Source of the DNA: a virus
Lineage: Duplodnaviria > Caudoviricetes
Direction: 5' to 3' (one strand)
IMG/VR virus record: IMGVR_UViG_3300029179_000024
Span: 1-29,075 of that record
DNA: 29,075 bases
The translations under genes were made by a program, and so were the position numbers. Below are positions 24,767-29,075 of this stretch, piece by piece (position 1 is the first letter of the stretch; each line of letters begins with the position of its first letter). The notes below the pieces were generated by a model. The model saw only the letters and a list, made by a program, of their open reading frames with translations, had not been told where the DNA came from and searched no databases.

Positions 24767-25439
24767 GCTGCTCCTCCTTCTGTGGTAATAGCTCCTGTAA
24801 TGCTTGACATCGCGCTTCCGCATAGCGGACGAGTTGTGTGCAGCGTTCCATAGCCACTTGCCAATCGTTCATCTCGGCATAGCGACCTTTAAATTCGAGC
24901 ACGGTTCGCGAACTAAATGGAAATGCAAATGTTTCATACGCTTTCGACTCGTCACCACCTCCCACGAAACCAATGTATGTCTGCAACTCTGTTAGGCGCA
25001 TAACGGTATTCAGCAGCATCCCCTTCTCAACTAAATATTTCTTCACTTGCGGCATTGTCATCATCCACCCGGCCAAACATGCAATCGTCCCACATGGGAC
25101 ATTCTCGATCCCACTAGCATTCAGGTGTGTCGCGCAGAGTGCATCACGTCGTTCGGTCTCTTCTTCACTCGATTTGAGTGCACGTGCTGCAGCGCCACCG
25201 ATTACCATCGCTCCGTCTTCATCGACAAGCACATCGAGATTTACTCGCCCTTCTGGCACGTTGGACATATACGCATAGAGTGCGCGGCGTCGTTCAAGAT
25301 ATTGTTCCCATGCCAGCAGTTGGCCAATGACGATGTCACCAACGACATTTCCCATACTCATCCTCCGTTTGATCCGTTGTATGATTGTGTCTTTCCATTT
25401 TTCAACTGCTGTCGCGTATTCACCTCTCGGTTTTCTCAT
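24702..25439 (-). CDS. Hypothetical protein, tandem paralog B (CxTxxCLAGW family); alternative start at 25355
   Basis: Shared blocks YL.RRR.L, PC.T..CLAGWM.TMP.V, YIGF, PFS.RT, DW..A.ERC..L..YAE.RCQ.L. Confidence 0.75.
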   Translation of the reverse strand: MRKPRGEYATAVEKWKDTIIQRIKRRMSMGNVVGDIVIGQLLAWEQYLERRRALYAYMSNVPEGRVNLDVLVDEDGAMVIGGAAARALKSSEEETERRDALCATHLNASGIENVPCGTIACLAGWMMTMPQVKKYLVEKGMLLNTVMRLTELQTYIGFVGGGDESKAYETFAFPFSSRTVLEFKGRYAEMNDWQVAMERCTQLVRYAEARCQALQELLPQKEEQHDNTATINQMADVSSETTGSS

Positions 25440-25440
25440 T

Positions 25441-25740
25441 TTAGTGACTCATCCGTTGTTGGCAATACCGTTCGATCTCTAACGCCATCTGTGCTTGCAA
25501 TTCTTGTAACGTCTCGATCGTCGTCATGATTTTTTCTCTTGCGAACTTCAACGCGAGCACTTTCGTCTCCGACATTCCTAATGTCGATTGTTTTCGTACG
25601 ATCGATAAGAATGGATCATCTGGAACGATTTTCACCGCATAGCATCCATCCAATTCATCGACAACTTCGATTTCCTCTATCGTATACGTCTCATGCCCGA
25701 CCGTATACGCCACTGTATACAACTTCTTTACTTCACGCAT
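25441..25740 (-). CDS. Hypothetical protein, paralog of 25728..26030
   Basis: AAGGAGG RBS; LYT...V.DEL...Y.V...K.S.LG.S pattern. Confidence 0.7.
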   Translation of the reverse strand: MREVKKLYTVAYTVGHETYTIEEIEVVDELDGCYAVKIVPDDPFLSIVRKQSTLGMSETKVLALKFAREKIMTTIETLQELQAQMALEIERYCQQRMSH

Positions 25741-26030
25741 GCGTCCTCCTTTAAGATACATTTCGCAAGCTCGACGAGATCCCGCTTCGCCATCTCCACT
25801 TGTGCTTCTAAGAACGCGATCCGTGCCTCGATGCGTTGCTGTGTCAATTGGATGGAGATCTCTCGTGAGACTGAGCGTCCGAGTATTGAATCTTTCGTCA
25901 CGCGACTTTGGTAATTCGAACCGATGGTTGGTACAACAATATAATCATGCGGCAGCTCATCCAACACAGTCACTTCTCGTACATGATAATCTCCATCAAT
26001 CAAATCTTGCACGATTGTATATAGTGTCAT
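25728..26030 (-). CDS. Hypothetical protein, paralog of 25441..25740
   Basis: GAGGAG RBS; same pattern; C-terminal coiled coil. Confidence 0.7.
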   Translation of the reverse strand: MTLYTIVQDLIDGDYHVREVTVLDELPHDYIVVPTIGSNYQSRVTKDSILGRSVSREISIQLTQQRIEARIAFLEAQVEMAKRDLVELAKCILKEDACVK

Positions 26031-26320
26031 GACGACTCCTCTGCTGTTGGCGTCTCCATCTCTAGTAGCGTTTTACGTAACTCCATGATGGACAATCCAA
26101 GTAACAATGGGAGTGTCTCATAGCGATCAGCTACTGTGATGATCTCACGGGCATGATTTCGTAACATGGCGTTGTCCAATTTGATCGACTCATGCTCGCT
26201 CATCATGCGTTTCACAATGTTCTCTAACGTGCTGATTTGTTGGACCCATTGTTCGACAGCCGCTCGTGCATTCTCAATCTCGATTTTTAATGCTTCGGTC
26301 TCTTCTCGTTGCAATGTCAT
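26027..26320 (-). CDS. Coiled-coil hypothetical protein
   Basis: Heptad-like helix; GAGGA RBS; ATGA overlaps. Confidence 0.65.
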   Translation of the reverse strand: MTLQREETEALKIEIENARAAVEQWVQQISTLENIVKRMMSEHESIKLDNAMLRNHAREIITVADRYETLPLLLGLSIMELRKTLLEMETPTAEESS

Positions 26321-26454
26321 CGTCCTCGCTTTCGTTTGCGGGTTGCTTTACTTGCTTGCTCGATTTTTTCAAATACGCGCCCGATATTCTTAGTCACGGC
26401 TGCTTTTCTCGGGCCAATTTGTTGTTGTCGTTTGGTGCGCTTATAGCTAAACAT
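26317..26454 (-). CDS. Small very basic peptide (45 aa)
   Basis: Read manually: MFSYKRTKRQQQIGPRK...RKRKRGR; TGA overlaps the next ATG. Confidence 0.45.
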   Translation of the reverse strand: MFSYKRTKRQQQIGPRKAAVTKNIGRVFEKIEQASKATRKRKRGR

Positions 26455-26483
26455 CTTTCATACTCACTTTCTCCATGCTGCTG

Positions 26484-26597
26484 TTACCAACCCGCGAGTA
26501 TCACGAGTTGCCTGATGCTCCAGACGCACAATCCTACGGCAGCGATCATTATACATCCCGTACTGATACTCAAGATCGTATACAATAGATGCATCAT
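26484..26597 (-). CDS. Small membrane peptide (37 aa)
   Basis: Read manually: MMHLLYTILSISTGCIMIAAVGLCVWSIRQLVILAGW; AAGGAG RBS. Confidence 0.5.
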   Translation of the reverse strand: MMHLLYTILSISTGCIMIAAVGLCVWSIRQLVILAGW

Positions 26598-26761
26598 CTC
26601 GCTCCTTTCATTGTGTCACTTCTCGCGAATGCATGTGATGTATATCGGCGTGTGGTAGTGATGTTAGAGGCTAGGAGGTGTGGTGCTCGCATGGTATCCT
26701 TTCATGCAAACATGGGTCTCTCGCGTGCGTTCATTATATGTCTCGTGTTACAAGAACATAT

Positions 26762-26803
26762 CTTATATCATCCGATTTTTTCTGTACATCAATTTACACT
26801 TTC
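26762..26803 (-). promoter_or_regulatory. Putative promoter with the repeated 16-bp box
   Basis: TGATATAAG extended -10-like element downstream of GAAAGTGTAAATTGAT. Confidence 0.5.
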
Positions 26804-26856
26804 TATTGTTGTCGTCTCACCTGCATGCTCACATGCGTGCTCACATCTCATCTCCA

Positions 26857-27051
26857 TTACTTTCCCTCTTTTGGGACAACCACATGCGTGATTGACATCA
26901 TCTGATGGGCTTGGCGTTGTGAACAGCAGGCATTACAGAGCTTGACTTTCTGCTTGAGCCAGCCGAAGCGTTTGCCGGGCATGCGCAACGTCCAGACGTC
27001 GACGATGTTCACACGCAGATACTGCTTGCCGCAGCCATAACATCTACGCAT
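26857..27051 (-). CDS. Small Zn-finger protein
   Basis: CYGC...LCNAC; GAGGTGA RBS. Confidence 0.6.
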   Translation of the reverse strand: MRRCYGCGKQYLRVNIVDVWTLRMPGKRFGWLKQKVKLCNACCSQRQAHQMMSITHVVVPKEGK

Positions 27052-27328
27052 GTTTCACCTCTCGCTTCCCATGTCGCTTCGCACACGCTTGCTCATGCGC
27101 GAATTTTCCTGGTGCCGCTTTACACTGTCTCCCACAATACTGACATTCCCATCGTTTATCTGTAATGAGCCGCGGTTTTGCTGTCTCGATGCGTGCTGTC
27201 GCTCTTGGTATATACTTCTTTCGCGGTTCAAACGTCGCATACAGCTCGCCACCACCTGGCAGCATCATCAGTTCGCCTTGTTTCATGCGGCGTTCGTCAT
27301 CGCTATTGAACATCAGAATCACTTTCAT
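27044..27328 (-). CDS. Hypothetical protein with C2HC zinc finger
   Basis: WECQYCGR...AHEQAC. Confidence 0.65.
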   Translation of the reverse strand: MKVILMFNSDDERRMKQGELMMLPGGGELYATFEPRKKYIPRATARIETAKPRLITDKRWECQYCGRQCKAAPGKFAHEQACAKRHGKREVKHA

Positions 27329-27436
27329 ACATGCACCCTTTCTCCATCGCCCCTCAGCGATGTCGTGTTATGATTTCTCTGCCTGTTTGCCCAGCACATT
27401 AACAATAAATGGCAGTCCCACCTCCCTCACCTCCTC

Positions 27437-27733
27437 TCAGATTTTCATATCGCCGATCAGCTGCTTCACCCGTGCCGACAGCATCAAGAAACACCGTCGC
27501 GGCCGATAGTCTTTTTCGATGGCTTGTTTGACGTAGCGATATTCGCTCCGTGTATCAATCACGAGCGCTGCATCCCACATGGGATTCTCCACGACACAAA
27601 TCAGTGTGTAGCCCGCTGGCACGCGGTCGAACGCATCAGGGAATGGAATCTCCATCGCGTGTTCGAACGCCAGAAGATAGGCTGCTTTTCCTTTCTCGAT
27701 GGTTCCACATTGGAGATACTTTCCCATCGCCAT
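27437..27733 (-). CDS. Hypothetical protein (98 aa)
   Basis: AAGGAG RBS; ICVVENP.WDAA motif. Confidence 0.65.
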   Translation of the reverse strand: MAMGKYLQCGTIEKGKAAYLLAFEHAMEIPFPDAFDRVPAGYTLICVVENPMWDAALVIDTRSEYRYVKQAIEKDYRPRRCFLMLSARVKQLIGDMKI

Positions 27734-27740
27734 CTCCTTC

Positions 27741-27836
27741 TCAATGACAGATCCGCTTCGCGATATACACGGCCACGATGGCGATCCATGCCAGCGTGAT
27801 GAGTGTGACCGCCAGTCGATAGCCGATTGGTTCCAT
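27741..27836 (-). CDS. Small membrane peptide (31 aa)
   Basis: Read manually: MEPIGYRLAVTLITLAWIAIVAVYIAKRICH; AGGAGGT RBS. Confidence 0.55.
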   Translation of the reverse strand: MEPIGYRLAVTLITLAWIAIVAVYIAKRICH

Positions 27837-27845
27837 GTGTACCTC

Positions 27846-28112
27846 CTATGCAGCTGTGGCTTTCTCCGCCAGCACGCTCGTCACTGTGCGGAGCGCTGAT
27901 TTCTCATACCGCTGCTCTTCTTTCTTCAGCGTCTTTGGCACGATCGTTTCCAACTCTCGCGCAATGGGCTGATACACGCCCACGACGGATTTCTTCATTT
28001 TCTTCTTGCGATCGACTGGCACTTTCAAGCGATCGACGTGTCTCACATATACATGCACAAACTCCTCAATTAACGCTTTCAAATACGCTGCTTGTTCAAG
28101 TGAGAGTGTCAT
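27846..28112 (-). CDS. Hypothetical protein (88 aa)
   Basis: ATGA overlap with the upstream gene; AAGGA RBS. Confidence 0.65.
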   Translation of the reverse strand: MTLSLEQAAYLKALIEEFVHVYVRHVDRLKVPVDRKKKMKKSVVGVYQPIARELETIVPKTLKKEEQRYEKSALRTVTSVLAEKATAA

Positions 28113-28966
28113 TTGCGTGTTCCTTTCTTCTTCGTGTGTTTCTTCTTTTTCTCTGTCTTTTTCTTCTCTTGCCGATTCACTGCTGTTGTTTCAGCTTCTT
28201 CTTCATCGAGCCCTTCATCGCTGTAGCGATCTTCTCCATCTCCATCTCCACCTTGTGCTCTATCTCGTGCTCTTTCTTGTGCGCTTTCTTTCTCGATGTC
28301 TCGTCCCGCTTGTTTAAGCATCTCCAGCTCGCTTCTGTTGCCTTCTTTTGCGCGTCGTTCTTTTTGTTTGATACGCAACCATTTTGCGAGTATCTCTTTC
28401 TCTCGCTGTTCTGCACCAACCTGTTCTGCGGACCTCAATTCTTCCATCACCATTTCCAGTGACATTGCTTCCAATGGAAGACTATTTGTGGTTGGATCAT
28501 AATCTCCGTATTCTAGTGGTAGTTGATATTTCAATTTCCTTTGGACAAGTGTTGAACGAGTTTTTAAATATTCACCAAGTACACCAAAATATTCTTGCGT
28601 TTTTCGCATTGCACCATTTGATGAAAAGCACGCATCAGCTTCAATAAACTCTGCGATGATCCGTCTTCCAATATAGCGAGGAATCTTGAGTGATTGTTCA
28701 AGATGCGCAATACGAATTAGCGATGAATTTGCAATATGTCGTAACAATGCGTCGAGTGGCACCTTTGTCTCAATCAGCATGGCAGCCACTTTTTGATGCA
28801 GCTTTTCATATCCTGCTGCATGTGGGTTGACGAAATCATCTTCAGTGAAAATGTATTCTCCATCTCGCAACTCTTTCTTTCGTCCATTAATAAATAGTTC
28901 AACATTCGCACCTCGCACCTCAATTACCACTCCCACTCGATGTCCTTCTGACACCTTGTCACGCAT
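28109..28966 (-). CDS. Hypothetical protein with a central winged-helix-like domain and charged tail
   Basis: GGAGG RBS; LLRHIANSSLIRIAHLEQSLKIPRYIGRRIIAEFI helix-turn-helix pattern. Confidence 0.75.
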   Translation of the reverse strand: MRDKVSEGHRVGVVIEVRGANVELFINGRKKELRDGEYIFTEDDFVNPHAAGYEKLHQKVAAMLIETKVPLDALLRHIANSSLIRIAHLEQSLKIPRYIGRRIIAEFIEADACFSSNGAMRKTQEYFGVLGEYLKTRSTLVQRKLKYQLPLEYGDYDPTTNSLPLEAMSLEMVMEELRSAEQVGAEQREKEILAKWLRIKQKERRAKEGNRSELEMLKQAGRDIEKESAQERARDRAQGGDGDGEDRYSDEGLDEEEAETTAVNRQEKKKTEKKKKHTKKKGTRK

Positions 28967-29058
28967 TTTGAACCTCCCCTCCTCACGATAAATTGATACT
29001 TAAATTGATCTTGAAATGCCCAGACGGGCTAATTTTTATCTTTCGTTGCCCCTTTTTT

Positions 29059-29075
29059 GATCGTGACTGGGAAAC
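29059..29075 (-). other. Random-amplification primer tag, technical artefact
   Basis: GATCGTGACTGGGAAAC is the reverse complement of 1..17. Confidence 0.9.

Noticed and set aside
26594-26692. Possible 32-aa minus-strand ORF (MRAPHLLAS...)
   Set aside because: It has an AAGGA RBS and an ATGA overlap, but is too short and featureless to support
176-28647. Many plus-strand ORFs, for example 23407..24114 and 27827..28462
   Set aside because: They lie antisense to well-supported minus-strand genes, are S/F/L-biased shadows and show no recognisable motifs
240-28966. Alternative genetic code or stop-codon reassignment
   Set aside because: Long conserved genes are intact in the standard code, and TAA, TGA and TAG all end genes that tile tightly
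1-29075. Perfect 17-bp terminal inverted repeat suggesting a complete linear genome or transposon
   Set aside because: The repeat is the random-amplification primer GTTTCCCAGTCACGATC. There is no transposase or protein-primed polymerase and no structural genes, so this is a partial amplified contig. Amplification would also have erased any base modifications.

Overview
This is a 29 kb fragment of an uncultured dsDNA virus, most likely a bacteriophage (strong GGAGG ribosome-binding sites, sigma70-like extended -10 promoters). Essentially all credible genes are on the minus strand. In transcription order (right to left) it carries: (1) about 25 small early/accessory ORFs, including two tandem paralog pairs, a DEDDh exonuclease, a DarG-like macrodomain, an NDT-like hydrolase, ThyX and a Zn-finger/DUF3310-like protein; (2) a putative pyrimidine hypermodification operon: a dNMP-kinase/uracil-DNA-glycosylase fusion, two divergent thymidylate-synthase-fold genes, a T4 beta-glucosyltransferase-like gene and a dCMP deaminase; (3) a replication/recombination block: family A DNA polymerase with unusual active-site residues, MazG-like pyrophosphatase, RuvC-like resolvase, SNF2 helicase, Cas4-like nuclease, Sak4-like ATPase, SSB-like protein and MCM-like helicase; (4) basic/acidic DNA-binding candidates, a minimal ATP-dependent ligase and a minimal PolX. 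Two intergenic regions fold by eye into multi-stem RNAs with kissing loops. No structural genes, tRNAs or CRISPR arrays were seen. The 17-bp terminal inverted repeat is a random-amplification primer. All family calls come from motif recognition by eye; no database search was run. Several starts were moved from the ORF track to the codon that follows a clear RBS.
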